64,000 nt of DNA from Octopus sinensis (GCF_006345805.1 NC_042999.1:59892001-59956000), one strand, 5' to 3'; positions 11,962 through 25,825 are shown, counted from the stretch's first letter. The notes: generated by a model from the sequence alone, not told the origin. Made by a program: numbers and translations.

Positions 11962-12898
11962 CAGGCAAGGTAGAGCACAAATAGTTACATCGGGTGTTGT
12001 GTTGTAGGAACGGGTTCCACCAGAGGGTGAAGTCAACATGGATTCATTAGGTGAAGTGGAGGAGAGATTGGTACACCAGGGGTTGCAGAGTAAAAATAGA
12101 TACCTCAGAGGCAGAGTGGAACAGAGCTGGGTACACCAAGGCTGGTAGAGCAGAGGTTGGTGTATCAAGTGTGGGGAAGTAGGGAAGAGTTTATCAGGCA
12201 ATGTGGTGCACAAAAGGGTACATCTGGAGTGGTGGAACAGAGTGGAACACAGATAGATACAACAGGGGTTGCAAAGTAAGAATGGGTGCTTCATGACGGT
12301 GATGTTGAGATGGGTATATCTGGTGAGATTGGTTGAAGCAGAAATAGGTATATAAGGGATGGTGGAGCAAAAGAAGGAACCTCAGGTAATGTGGAGCGCA
12401 AAAGGGTACATTAGGGGTGGTGGAGCAGAGGAATGTACTCTAGGCAGGGTAGAGCACAGATGATGCATCATGGGTAGTGAAGCAGATGTGGGTGTCTCAG
12501 GCAGGATGGAGCAGAAATGAGTACATCTTGAATGGGTGCATTATGTGGAGTAGGGCAAAGATGGGTACATGAGGGTTATGGAGTAGAGGATGGGGTGGAT
12601 CAAAGATGGATGCATCAAGTGTAAGGAAGTAAAAAAGGGTTTATCAAGCATTGTGGAGCACAAAAGGGTATATCTGGGGAGGTGAATCAAGGATACGTAC
12701 ATCAGGGGTGGCGAAGCAGAGAAATGCCCCTCAGGCAGGGTTGAGCACACTTAGGCAGGGTGGAACAGAAATGAGTGCATCTCATAGAGTGGAGTTGCAT
12801 TATGTAGAGTAGGGCAAAGATGGGTACATGAGGGTTATGGAGCAGAAGCTAGTACATCAGATGGGACGGATCCAAAGATGGGTGCATCAGGTGGGTCA
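11962..12898. repeat. Diverged 29-bp purine-rich minisatellite, about 32 units, with higher-order structure
   Basis: Units such as ggtaatgtggagcgcaaaagggtacatta, ggcaatgtggtgcacaaaagggtacatct and ggcaggatggagcagaaatgagtacatct are each 29 nt. Confidence 0.85.
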
Positions 12899-12904
12899 AA
12901 GGTA

Positions 12905-13110
12905 AGGCGGCGAGCTGGCAGAAACGTTTGCATGCTGGGCGAAATGCATAGCCGTATTTCGTCTGCCATTACGTTCTGAGTTCAAATTCCGCCAAGGTCG
13001 ACTTTGCCTTTCATCCTTTCGGGGTTGATAAATTAAGTACCAGTTACGCACTGGGGTCGATGTGATCGAGTTAATCCATTTGTCCTCTCTGTGTTTAGCC
13101 CTTGTGGGCA
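12905..13110 (+). mobile_element. tRNA-derived SINE family B. Other copies: 1-178, 2155-2370, 4318-4470, 6495-6915, 14055-14270, 15920-16495, 17705-17936, 21675-22060, 30491-31125, 35570-35768, 37876-38113 (minus), 42645-43062, 55215-55905, 62725-62888, 63630-64000
   Basis: Head gagctggcagaa..ttagc...gagttcaaattcc, central gactttgcctttcatcctttcggggtcgataaa.taagtaccag (resembles the Meta-type central domain, from recall), and two tail variants (..aaagaaata and ..ccttgtgcct). Confidence 0.9.
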
Positions 13111-14512
13111 ATAAAGAAATAGGTAAGTGCATCAAGAAAAGACAGATAAATCAGATAAGAACAGAGATGCCATTTAAATTCCTAGTTTTGAGAACCAATG
13201 GCTGTAGTAGTAGTAGTAGTAGTAGTAGTAGTTGCAGTAGAGAAAATAAATTATGCCTGTAGCCAGTAATGGTAACATGGTGAACAGGGAATATTTGGCA
13301 GTCAGTCAAATGGACTGTTTTTTTCTTCTTCTTTAAATGAAGTGCAATTTGGAATGTTTTTGTACGGAGCATCTGCACCCTCCTTGATTTGTGTATGTTT
13401 GTGCTTGTGTCTTTATGCTTGTACAGAAAAGAAAAAAAGGAATGAGAGTTATGCAGATAGATTGACACAAAACAAATAGGAAGTTGGTGAAAGAAAAAAA
13501 AAATAAACAAAGTTAAATTAAAACTAATTAAATCTACATCATATTATGTGGAAATAAAAAAAGAAAATTTCATTCGTCCTCTCTGAAGGGAAAAGATGGA
13601 ATTTACAGGTAAAAGGTTTGGTAAAAATTGGCAAACCATCACCAGTTCCATGTTGGTTATCGTGCATGACAAAGTGTACGCATGATTCTACTAAAACATC
13701 CCAAACCATAAATGGCAAGCAAATAAATGAATGGCTTTGTGTGGTTGCACTACATGTTAGAAATAACAGCCAAATCTTTTCTCTCTCTCTCTCTCTCTTA
13801 AATTATAACCAAACATCTTTAAAGGCTAGAAATTTTTGCAAAGATGGAACAGTTAATTATACTGACTCCCACCCTGGAGTCTTAGTGGTTGGAAAGCAAA
13901 CTTCTTACCACACAGCCACACCTATACCTGCACACACGCGCACGCCCATGTGTGTGTGTGTGTTGTAATTGGAACTTTCTAGATTTGTTTATCAACATGA
14001 TGAAGAAAGAAGAATTATATGAATGCTGACTCAGTTTATCTTCTCATTAATGAAGTGGTGCGCTGGCAAACTCGTTAAGCATGCTAGGCAAAATGCTCAG
14101 CATCTTTTCACCCGTCTGCACTTTTTGAGTTCGAATACTGCCAAGGTAGACTTTGATTTTCATCCTTTTGCAGTTAATAGAGTAACAGTTGATCACAAAA
14201 ATGTAATCAACTTACCCCTCCCCCCCCCCCCCCGTAAATTACTAGCCTTGTTCAAAAATTTGAAATCATTAATTCTCGTTAATAAAGTGTGAAAAAGGGC
14301 AGAAATATTTCACCACGATTGAGGGTGAAAACTAGAATTTTTCAGCTTGAAAACAACTGATTTATTTAAACTGAAGATACACCCGCTGTTCCAACACTTT
14401 TATTGCATGGACTTACAAACCAATATTGATTTTCCAGTTGAAGAATTGTTACCATATGTTTCGCTTCTGAACAAATGGATCATTCCCTACTCCAAGTATC
14501 TCATTAAATACA

Positions 14513-14550
<38 letters not shown>

Positions 14551-14686
14551 CACATACACACATACATATACATATATATATGTGTGTGTATATATAGCAA
14601 TAATAAATCTCTGAGCGAGATATATATATATATACACACACACATAAATATAAATAAATACACACACATGTATATAGATACATACA

Positions 14687-14738
<52 letters not shown>

Positions 14739-14858
14739 TAAATATATACACACATACCTATATACATATATATATATACACACACATACATATATAAATA
14801 TACATATACGTACATATATATACATCTATATACATACATATATATATACATATACATG

Positions 14859-14916
<58 letters not shown>

Positions 14917-15599
14917 TATATATATATATATGAAAGGCTCTGTACAATACTGACTCCTCCTGGCAAGGTAACAATGGAGCTTTCTGCGCTGCTTGTGCAA
15001 AACCATTCTCTTGAAAACCTTGTTACTATGATTAAGGAGAGGAAAGCCTCACTGACACTAGATTGGCTTCAGGGTATAAGGTGAACGAGCTATTAAATTA
15101 AGTTTCTTCTTATGCAATACCTGTGAAAGGTAATAATAATTGATTAGCCTGTAGTCTGAAGCTTTAGCCATTGTATCAATGCACCCTATGTGTGTGTGTG
15201 TGTGTGTGTGTGTTATTTATGAGCTGTGTGTCTACATTTGGTACTCAAGCACTTAGAATTTCATGCATATGTATGCACACCTATGCCAATGGATTTAACA
15301 ATGTTATTGTTTCGAACTAAACAAAAATGATTAGTGGGCAAATGTGAAAGCTTATTAATACACAAGTACAGTAAGGAAATATGATAACTTATTAATACAC
15401 ATATTTTGTGAGTTAAGTTCCGCCAAGTTCCGCTTTGCCTTTCATCCTTTCAAGGTTAATAAAAATAAGTACCAGTTGAATACTGGGTTCATTGTAATTG
15501 ACTTATCCCCTCCTCTAAAATTACTGGCCTTATGCCCTAATTTGAAATCATCATCATCATCATCATCGTCATTATTATTTGTTGGAATCCTTTCATCTC

Positions 15600-15888
15600 G
15601 GGAGACAATGGAGATGTACATAAAATCAGTTTTGCACGGGCCTGGGCTAGATGTAAGAAAATCCTGGGTAGCCCAATCGTCAGGATTCTTCTCTCGACCT
15701 TGCTGACGTAGTCCAAAGGAGTGCAGAGCATTACATTTGGCACCAGCTTGGTTGCAGGAGCTGCCGGAAGAGTGTCTAGTCGAACACTAAACCACCTACG
15801 GGGCTCCACTCCAGATTTCTTTGAAGGTTGTCTCCTTTCTGTAACCCTGGATAGGGGCCCATATCGGGTACTGTCAGCCGGAGCTGAC
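15600..15888 (+). mobile_element. Probable RTE-type 5'UTR fragment
   Basis: GC-richer unique block with stems cgtcag/ctgacg and ggagctgccg/cggggctcc, resembling the leaders of RTE elements as recalled; no ORF. Confidence 0.4.
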
Positions 15889-16748
15889 ATAATATTATTA
15901 CTATTATCATCATTATTGGGGTGGAGAGCTGGCAGAATCATTAGCACATGAAATGAAATGCTCGGCAGCATTTCGTCTGCCTTCACGTTCTGAGTTCAAA
16001 TTCCGCTGAGGTCAAGTTAGCCTTTCATCCTTCTGGATCTACATTTTAACTCTCTTTGATATCAATGCTAAGGAGCCTGGTGAACAGTTATGCCCGAGGG
16101 CCCTTAATACTCTCAGTCAAATTCTGCTGAGGTCAAGTTAGCCTTTCATCCTTCTGGGGTCAATAAATTAAGTACCAGTCAAACACTGGGGTCGATGTAA
16201 TCGGCTATCCCCCTCCCATTAAATTTCAAGCCTTGTGCCTAAAGAAGAAAGGATGATTACTGTTATCATTGCTGGGGTGGGGAGCTGACAGAATTGTTAG
16301 CACCCCAGGGAAAATGCTTAGCAGCATTTCATCTGTCTGTATGTCCTGGGTTTAAATTCTACCAAGTTTGACTTGGCCTTTTATCCTTTTGAGGTTGATA
16401 AAATAAAGTAACGTTTGAGCACTGGGGTCGATGTAATCAGCTTACCCACTTCCCTGAAGTTGCTGGCCTTGTGCCAAAATTTTAAACCATTATTATTAGT
16501 ATTATTTGTAGGATGCCAGCAACTGTTAAACATCTGTGGCTGGGGGTGTATATGGGGATCTTGTTTGAAAACAAATATCTAATATAGAATATTATGTCTT
16601 GAAACCAGTACCAGATGGTCCTCAATATCAAAATCTTGACATCACTGGAATGTCAAGTTCCTTTGCTGATGACTGCGTCTTCCTCTGTCCGTCTGTCTCT
16701 ATCAGTTTAGTCTGTCTGTCTGTCCCTCTCTACCTGATTGTATGTGTT

Positions 16749-16789
<41 letters not shown>

Positions 16790-16867
16790 TTATGTTTCTT
16801 TCTTTCTCCTCTCTGTCTATTTCTCTATGTATATGTTGCTCCCTCTCTCTCTCTCTCTGATTGTCCA

Positions 16868-16927
<60 letters not shown>

Positions 16928-19129
16928 CTTTCTCTTCCTCCATCTCTCCCTCTCTATCTTATTGTCCATGTGTACGTATCTTTCTCCCTCTATTTGTCCA
17001 TGTGTATGTATCACATTCTCCCCCCCCTCTCTCTCTCTCTATCTATCTCTCTCTCGTATATCTGTTTCTGTAACCCACATTAGAAAGAACTGTGATATTC
17101 AGAGATGATAGATCCCTATCAGTTTAGTCTTGAAATGTTATTTATTTACCACTGGGAACTTTTTCCATTCCAGTCTTGAATGTCTTGCATCTGTCAGTCA
17201 ACAGCATTTACTGACATGTTTTGAATGATGGTTGTCTGTCTGTCTCTCTGTGTGTCTGTCTGTTTGTCTATCTGTGTGTCTGTGTGTTGGTATCCACCTG
17301 GTTCTGTATTTGTGTGTTGGCTCCATTTGTCAGTTGGCTGTGTGTCTCTGTGTCTTTGTTGTCTGTGTATTATTAGCTATATGTCTGTCTGTCTCTCTCT
17401 CTTTCTCTCTCTGTCTGCTGTCTGTATGTCTGGCAAGGAAGTGGAGATCTGAAGTAGAATTTGTGGTAGAACTTTGGAATGTGAAGCTGTGAGAAGGAAG
17501 GAAGTAGGTTTGGCTTACTTTTGGAAAGGGAAGGAAAATAAAAACGGCAAAGGAAAAGAAGGAAGAGAAAGAAAGGAGGAAGGCTAGAAATAACAGAGAG
17601 TGTTAGAGAGATAAAGTTGGGGTGGGGGTAATGATGTGGGAAGAAGAATGAGACAGAGAAGGATTGAAAGCAGGGAAGACAAACAAACTTAACCCTCCAT
17701 TTGTAAGGCTGCGAGCTGGCAGAATCATTAGCATGCCGGGCGAAATGCTTAGCCGTATTTCGTCTATCACTACGTTCTGAGTTCAAATTCCGCCGAGGTC
17801 GACTTTGCCTTTTGTCCTTTCGGGGTCGATTAAATAAGTACCAGTTACGCACTGGGGTCGATATAATCGACTTAATCCGTTTGTCTGCCCTTGTTTGTCC
17901 CCTCTGTGTGTAGCCCCTTGTGGGCTGTAAAGAAATCATAACTCTCCATTTGTCAATGCGGCATTTTTTAAAGATGGTGATAGGCTCTGATTTGAGGGAG
18001 ATTTCACTGTTATTTCTAGCAAGGCCAATGACCATACAATCACTCTCTTGTTGGTTTCTATTGTTGTTTAGAGGAGACAAAGAGATAGAGAAATTGTTGT
18101 TGCTGTTTAACCTTGGCTCAATCATCATTATGGAAACAACCTCAAAATCAAAGGTGTTCCACCCATGACCACCTTGTCATTTAATTTTCAGGTATAGTGT
18201 TATCCATCTGTAGATATATTATCTAATGTGTTCTTTATTTTTAAGATGGTAGGTAGGATTTGAAAGAGATTTAGTTGCTATTTCTAGCAGACCAAGCTAC
18301 CATGTAGAAAATCTCATTCTTTGACTTAAAGTAACTGTGGTTGTTGTCGTCGTTATTGCTTAGGCCCTGATACAGTCCTTGTGTGATCCTGTCAAACCAT
18401 GTAGCCCTTGCCTGCTTGGAAGATGGATGTTGATAATGAAGATGATGATGTTGGATTTTAAACATTTTAACCCTTTTAGGAATTACAACTGTGTTTCGTG
18501 GTCTGCTACCACAACAGCTTTATAAGATCCAGTTAGCTCAAGACATTGTCAGGAGGAACCACGTCTGGTTTCAGCTCCTACTCCTCTACCGTTTTGATGT
18601 GGTGGGGCTCCCCCTTCTGGAGGTGTCTTCAGCTCTGGTATTGGATACATGCTTCTTTCTTCTTCTTTCTTCTGTTCCCTGGCCTCGGCCCCTACTCCTC
18701 TCCCATTTTGACGTGGGAGGTGGCGTAGGGGGGGGGGTGAATGAAATCAAGTATTACTCTTTTACTCTTTTATTTGTTTCAGTCATTTCACTGTGGCCAT
18801 GCTGGAGCACCGCCTTTAGTCGAGCAAATCGACCCTGGGACTTATTCTTTGTAAGCCCAGTACTTATTCTATCGGTCTCTTTTTGCCGAACCGCTAAGTG
18901 ACGGGGACGTAAACACACCAGCATCGGTTGTCAAGCAATGCTAGGGGGACAAACACAGACACACAAACACACACACATACATATATATACATATATATGA
19001 CAGGCTTCTTTCAGTTTCCGTCTACCAAATCCACTCACAAGGCATTGGTCAGCTATAGCAGAAGACTGAACCCGGAACCATGTGGTTGGTTAGCAAGCTA
19101 CTTACCACACAGCCACTCCTGCGCCTATA

Positions 19130-19307
19130 AATGTCTTGTTTTAATAAGTTTTTAATTAGAATCTGCCACCAAACCTTAGTCACAATTTATGTTCCTAATG
19201 TTAGCTGAATGATAATTAAGTCATTATACTAAATTCTTTGTTATATTTAAAATCAATTGAAAGAAACACAGAGCATCTCAACAGAAATATGATAACAAAA
19301 GGGTTAA
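19130..19307. mobile_element. One end of a piggyBac-like MITE
   Basis: AT-rich block ending aacaaaaggg|ttaa (CCC..GGG terminus with TTAA site). No matching left end was identified with confidence. Confidence 0.4.
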
Positions 19308-19481
19308 GACAGTAGTATATAATTTTAGAAAGTTTGGTTGATTTTCATAACAGGTTGAGTGGCAGGGTAGAAGCTCTCTCATAGGCTTGTAATAATGGAT
19401 GTGGTGGTATGTAGTAGATGTGTTAATGTGAATAAGTGTATATGCATGTATTAGACTGTATTTATCATGTACATCAATGTA

Positions 19482-20036
19482 CTGGGTTGTCAGGAAAGTT
19501 CGTGCCCATTTATTAAAGGAAGGAAAAAGGTCAATAAATACTTGCCATTACATTTTTAATCAACCAAATATGAACCATTTTGTTGAACAATGCGTCTCCA
19601 TCTTTCCTTTAACTTGAAAATACCCTCTTCCCAGAATTGCGGTGGTTTCATGGCAAAGAATTCATCAAGGTATCTTTTTATGTCATCCAAGGAATTGAAA
19701 TTTTTACCATTAAGACTATTCTGCAGAGACCTGAATAAGTGGAAATCCAAAGGAGCAATATCTGGTGAATATGGAGGGTTGGGTAACACATCCCAGCCGT
19801 GCTGTAGCAATTTTTGTCTGGTTCCCAAAGCATCATGAGCTTTCTTATCTTCCATTTTAAAGGATTACAGAATTAACAGAAGTTATAGGAACATAAACCT
19901 TCTTCCACAAAAAGATAGCTTAAACTGTGATCTAAATGGAGGTGTAGTCAAATCCTATGTTATGGGCTCAACCATATTCTAAAATAAGTCGAAAGGTAAG
20001 CTACTATAAATCGGCAGGAACTTTCCGGACAACATA
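19482..20036 (-). mobile_element. Internally deleted mariner (D34D-type) element
   Basis: TIRs gttgtcaggaaagttcgtgcccattta and its complement near 20007-20033 (3 mismatches); TA at the left end. Transposase C-terminus with PPYSPDIAPLDFHLFRSLQN...RW..IVQQNGSY at 19556-19855. Confidence 0.92.
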
Positions 20037-21275
20037 TATATGTGTTGTATCAATGTATGGTTAAAGGTTTGATAGCACTTGTATGTGTACATATCTGTGA
20101 TTCTGTATATGTGTGTATGTGATCGTGTTTTTCTCTGTGTGTGTGTTTGTAATTGTGCATGTGCATATGTATTTGTGTTTATGTATGTGCATTTTAAATG
20201 TTTACATTTGCCTAATTTTGTATGTGCTCTTCAAAGTGTGTGTGTATGTGTGTGTGTGTGTGCTTATGTGCATGGCACACATGCAATCATTACAGTGGCG
20301 ATTTATGTTTGATTTATTTGATGTTACTGCTCAGTTTTGTGAGTATGTATATAGATAGATAGATAGAGAGAGAGAGAGATAGATAGATACATACATACAT
20401 ACATACATAGAAAGATTGACAGATAGATAGATAGATAGATAGATAGATAGGCAGTGAGTGAGTGAGTGACACACATATATACCTTTATAGTCACATACAT
20501 AAATTTATTTATATCCCTGTCATTATTTACCAAAATGTCACCCTGACACCAAGTCTCTCTCACTCTCTCTCACTCTCTCTCTCACTCTCTCTCTCTCTTC
20601 CTCCATCCCCCTCCTATCTATTCCCCCAGCCCCACTCCTTCGCCTCACCTCATCCATCTGCTCTCTTAATAGGGGAAGTTTTATACTGATATCAACTTGT
20701 TTGTAACTGCTGCTGTTCTTGTTGTTGTTGTTGTTGTAACAGGAGAGCCATGTTTAAGTGGGGTAAATATGTAATTAGGGAAAGTCAATAGCGAGGGGTG
20801 ATGAGGGAGAGAGATGGCCGGGGGGGGGGATGGAGGAGGCGAGTGGAGTGAGGTGGGTGGTGGCGGCAGCAGCAGCAGTGTTAGTGGAGTGGAGTGGGGC
20901 AAATGGGTGCGGGGGGGGGGAAGAAGTGCTTTTAGGACTGCATATTATAGCAATGATTTGTCTAACTGTGATGTTTATCATAAGAATTTAGAAGAATCAG
21001 ATAAAGTAGATAAGGTTAGAATTAGAGAGAAAAGACAATCAGGGAGAGAGGTGGGGGAGAAGAAGGGTGAGAGAAAGAGAGAGAGAGAGGCTGATTTTTT
21101 TTTTTTGTCCCTCTAATTCTTTCATTGTCTTATTGATTTTCGTGGCCCTTTTTGTTAATCTATTCTGCTAGCTGCTGGAAAGGGGTTTAGTGCTATATGA
21201 GAGGGTTTCGGATTTTAAGTAGATAAGACATACAAGCAGCCTGTGTCTTTCTCGTTGCTACCTTACCTCCCTCAG

Positions 21276-21371
21276 GTTAGAGCGATGACTTATGAAGATC
21301 CCTAGCGGATGGGATGATCCGAGGCTCCGCAAAGCCCAGCTATACTCTAACACTTTGCGCCATATAATAAA
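21276..21371 (+). CDS. Candidate exon of an unidentified gene; possible start MKIPSGWDDPRLRKAQLYSNTLRHII(K) from ATG 21292
   Basis: Long pyrimidine tract ...ccttacctccctcag|G and donor AAA|gtgagc; non-repetitive and CpG-rich relative to the window; no recognised homology. Confidence 0.4.
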
Positions 21372-21644
21372 GTGAGCGGTTGCTTATTATTGAACAGGCA
21401 GGCTATTTTGCAATGCGTGTCAAATCATTTCGGTTTTTGTCTTTTTTTTTTCTTTTTAATTGTGTGCCAGTTTCAGGAAGGAAGGAAAAATACCACGCCA
21501 TTGGCCAATTTAAGTCATATCATGTAAACACTGCCCTGTATTGTTTGTGTTGTTACTTGGTGTAAATCTTTCTTGCCTGTTTATTTACCCTTGTAACCGT
21601 GCCTCCAGACATAAATCTACTACTACTATAACTACTACTACTAC

Positions 21645-21676
<32 letters not shown>

Positions 21677-22589
21677 AAGACAGTGAACTGGTAGAATCGT
21701 TAGCACACCAGGAGAAATGCTTAGCGGTATTTCGTCTGCCGTTACGTTCTGAGTTCAAATTCCACCGAGGTCGACTTTGCCATTCATCCTTTCGGGGTCG
21801 ATTAAATAAGTACCAGTTACACACTGGGGTTGATATAATCGACCTAATCCCTTTGTCTGTCCTTCTTTGTCCTCTCTGTGTTTAGCCCCTTGTGGGTAGT
21901 AAAGAAATAGGTATTTCATCTGCCGTTACGTTCTGAGTTCAAATTCTGCCAAGGTCGACTTTGCCTTTCATCCTTTCAAGGTTGTTAAAATAAATACCAG
22001 TTAAACACTAGGGTTGATGTAATCTGTTAGCCTCCTCCCCCAAAGTTTCAGGCCCTGTACCTACAGTACTTTGCCTTTTATCCTTTCAAGGCTTATTAAA
22101 TTAAGTACCAGCTAAACATTTAGCCCTTTCCCTGAAATTGCTAGCCTTGCACCAACATTTGAAGCTATTATTGTTGTTATTTTACTGACAGTGAATTGAT
22201 GGAATCTTTAGGGTACCAGAGAAAATGTTTTGTGGTTATGTCTTCTAGCTTTTCATGTTTCAAGCTCAAAAACCAACACGGTTAACTTTTCTTTCGACTT
22301 TCTGGTCTCCATAGAATAAAGCACCACTCAAATACTGGAGTTAATGATATTGCCTAACATTCTTCCCTTAGCAATGGATTGGCAGAATTGTTAGAACATC
22401 AGTATTTGCTCCAGATCATTACGTTGTCGTTCAGATTCTGCTGAAGTCAGCTTCAACTTTTATTCCTCCAAATTTGATATGATATAATAAAGTACCAGCC
22501 AAGTATCGATGGAGTTAGCTAACCACACTTCCCAGAAAATTTCTGGTCTTGTGCCTAAATTAGAGAGAATTATAATTATTATGTTTAAG

Positions 22590-23410
22590 ATGTCTTCGGT
22601 AAAATACATACTATATCTATCTAAAATACGTACTACTTCTATCTATACTGCATCTGGTCCAGACAGGTCTAGTTGGATGACTTGTCTGGGCCTGTCTTTC
22701 ACACTAAACGTTCCAATCTTCCATAGTAGTCTTCATATCCTCACCTTGATATCCAATGTCTTCCACAAGCTGATCGTCATACAAGGGGGTGCTGAAAAGT
22801 TCCAGGCCTTAAGGGGTATCATGAAAGGCCTGGTTGGAGGCCCAGCCTTCCAAGTTCTTTCACAGGGCTTAGAAAAACTGAAGAATATATGAAGGGGTGC
22901 TGAAAAGTTCCTGGCTTTAGGTAAAAGAAAATACACAAAGATCAATTGTGATTTTATCAGCATATTCCCCTTTCAGCTTTACACACTTATTGCAGGGGTC
23001 CTTCGGTTTTGTAGAGGGTTGCTGCCAAAAAAGATTGAGAATTGCCTGAAACATTCATATGTACAAGGGGTGCTGTAAAGTTCCTGGCTCTAAGGATATT
23101 GCAAAAGGCCTGCTTGGAGGCCCAGCTTTCTAAGTTCTTTTACATGGCTTAGAAAAACTGAAGGACCGCTGCAATAAGTGTGTGAATCTTAGAGGGAAAC
23201 ATGTTGGATAAAATCATAATTAACTGGTCCTCATATATTTTCTTTTACCCAAGGCCAGGACCTTTTTCAGCACCTCCTCATGTGTATGATCAAACTTCTT
23301 TTTAAGTCTCTCTTTAGGTATCCATGCTGAAGAACCGTAGAGAACTATTGATTCAACACTATTATTAAGACGAATATTTAACAAATAGATGCAAACAGCA
23401 CACAGCTGTT
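22590..23410 (-). mobile_element. Old RTE LINE fragment split by the MITE cluster
   Basis: SVESIVLYGSSAWIPKERLKKKFDHT (23282-23400) and YDDQLVEDIGYQGEDMKTTMED (22700-22781) resemble RTE post-RT and C-terminal motifs. Confidence 0.6.
22782..23281. mobile_element. Cluster of mariner-derived MITE units; another copy at ~6920-7122
   Basis: Repeated ggggtgctgaaaagttcc(t/a)ggc ends and their complements; relic C-terminal peptide LEKLKDRCNKCVNLRGKHVG*. Confidence 0.8.
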
Positions 23411-24637
23411 GCAACTTAACAGTAGAGCTAAGAATAAGGATCTTGTTTTGTAACCTGGGGACTGCTAGTGTGGATTATTTTAACCCTTTGCTTGTCCTGG
23501 ATATCACATGTAATGATGATGGACCCCCTCCTTTTGGTCACGAATGACCATGAGACTGCACCTAGAAAGTTCCCCTCTAAGGCACAAGTTCAGGCAAGGT
23601 TGTTAATGGAAGACGAACTGTCACCCATGTATACCAGCCTCCACTCATCCATGCCACCAATGTTGTCCGAGAGAAAGGCCAAGGCTGATTCAGCTTGGCA
23701 CCAGTGATGTTGCAACTCGTTTCTACACTGGGAATCGAACTCACTAACACATGATTGTGAGCCCAACATTTTAAACACTGAGCCACACGCTTCCACATCA
23801 CATATAATACACAGGACATATTCCACTAGCATTTATGCATCATATCTGATATATATTACTAGTTTTTTTCAGCCACCAGAGTAACCTGGAACTTAAGAAA
23901 GGAAAGCCCTATACTACTCAGAAAGTATGAAATAAAGGCTTACTAAATGTCTGAAAACAAACACAAATATTTAGGACAAGCTTATGAAAATGCCTTGTGT
24001 AGGGAAAGGGTTTTATGAAAGGTTCAGTTTAATTGTCAATCAGTTTGTTGTTTGGTTGGCTGGATAGTGATTGAGTATATTTGGTTTATGTTGGTTCACT
24101 GATTGAGACCGGATAGCCATTACTGGAATGCCTTTCATCATAGACCTGCTCATTCACAGCTGACCTGGGACTAAACAACAACTGCAAAGCGAGGCTAGCT
24201 ATACACAGATATGAGTCTCACTATACATATTTATTCAGAAGTCATGCTGTGCGGCAGTGTTGTAATTAATGCATTCTATGCTGTTGTTAATAGTCTTTCA
24301 TCATTTTGACATTTCTCTGCTCTGACTCATTTGATATTAAACACGCTTTTAATATCATTTCTCTCTACTTAGAACTTGTATCACGCTCTGGAACTTGAGC
24401 AATGCTGATATTTTATAGTTTCACACCATATGCACGCAAGCATACAAACAACACACAGGCACACACACAAACACACTCTCACATACATCACACATCGCAC
24501 TCAGCATTCATGTGGCCAGATATTAAATACACGTTAATATCACTGCTGTCTAGACCCATCTCACTCTGGAATTTCGGTATTGCTAACATCTTCTCACCAA
24601 ACATGTGTGTGTGTGTGTGTGTGAATACACACACACG

Positions 24638-24682
<45 letters not shown>

Positions 24683-25170
24683 GTAAAATGTTAAACACTC
24701 TTTAATGTACTTGCTGTCAAGAACAGTGTCAACCTGGAATTGTACTGCTGTTATCTTCTCACCAAAGATGTGTGTATATGTGTGTTTGTGTTTGTGGGCC
24801 AAAACATGAAACACATGGTGCTGTAGTAACTTTGTAACTTTTGTGTGTGTGTATACATATATATATATATATGTATAGGTGCAATGGCCCGGTGGTTAGG
24901 GCAGCAGACTCGCGGTTGGAGGATCGCGGTTTCGATTCCCAGACTGGGCATTGTGTGTGTTTATTGAGTGAAAACACCTAAAGCTCCATGAGGCTCCGAC
25001 AGGGGGTGGTAGCGACCCCTGTTGTACTCTTTAACCCCAACTTTCTCTCACTCTTTCTTCTTGCTTCTTGAGGAACATTGTGATGGACTGGCATCCCATC
25101 CAGCTGGGGGGAACACACACACCACAGAAACTGGGCCCATGAGCCTGGCTAAGCTTGAAAAGGGCACGTA

Positions 25171-25201
<31 letters not shown>

Positions 25202-25542
25202 AGGAATTTTACCTGTCCTAGATAGTTCCAAAAAATGTTTGATTAAGAATCCAGGCACATCAGTGTGTAGGACTCCACTAATTGGCTGGATAAAATCACA
25301 TGGAGCAGATATTGAAATATTCCATTATCATAAGTGGCTATTATACCAACTAGATATACTGTTGTTAAGTATTTCTCAATTCCAATTATTTACAAATGAT
25401 CCAATTCCTTACTGAACCTTTCATGTGGCATAACAAATAATAGACGAATAAAGGTTTAAATTGATGACAGCTGTTTCATTTATAACCCCTTTACAATCTG
25501 TTTCATTATCTAAATTTGCTATTTTCCACTGTTCTTTTCCAG

Positions 25543-25605
25543 AAAACATTGATGCGAAAGCATACATCACATAGTGTCAGCCGTGCAAAGATTGTGAAAA
25601 TCAAG
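25543..25605 (+). CDS. Candidate 63-nt phase 0-0 exon, KTLMRKHTSHSVSRAKIVKIK
   Basis: Acceptor ttttccactgttcttttccag and donor AAG|gtaaat; only one frame is open. Confidence 0.45.
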
Positions 25606-25825
25606 GTAAATACATTTTTACTATTTCAGTTTACTCTTTTACTTGCTTCAGTCATTTGACTGCAGCCATGCTGGAGCACTGCCTTTTAGTTGAGCAAATC
25701 GACCCCAGAACTAATTCTTTGGAAGCCTAGTTCTTATTCTATCGGTCTCTTTTGCCGAACCGCTAAGTTACGGGGACATAAACACATACACACATAGAAT
25801 GGAATCGGTTCCATTCTAGCAAAAA

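Noticed and set aside
11962-12898. CRISPR-like or coding-repeat interpretation of the 29-bp array
   Set aside because: No repeat-spacer alternation, eukaryotic context, and the period is not a multiple of 3.
14347-15084. 245-aa ORF and the many other YI/HT/CV-rich ORFs
   Set aside because: Translations of (TA)n/(CA)n microsatellites; also applies to 10535-11152 and 54222-54624.
18478-18525. Minus-strand GTGGT/ACCAC-GAAAC..GTA hammerhead-like fold
   Set aside because: The CUGANGA core is reduced to CTGTT and there is no stem I.
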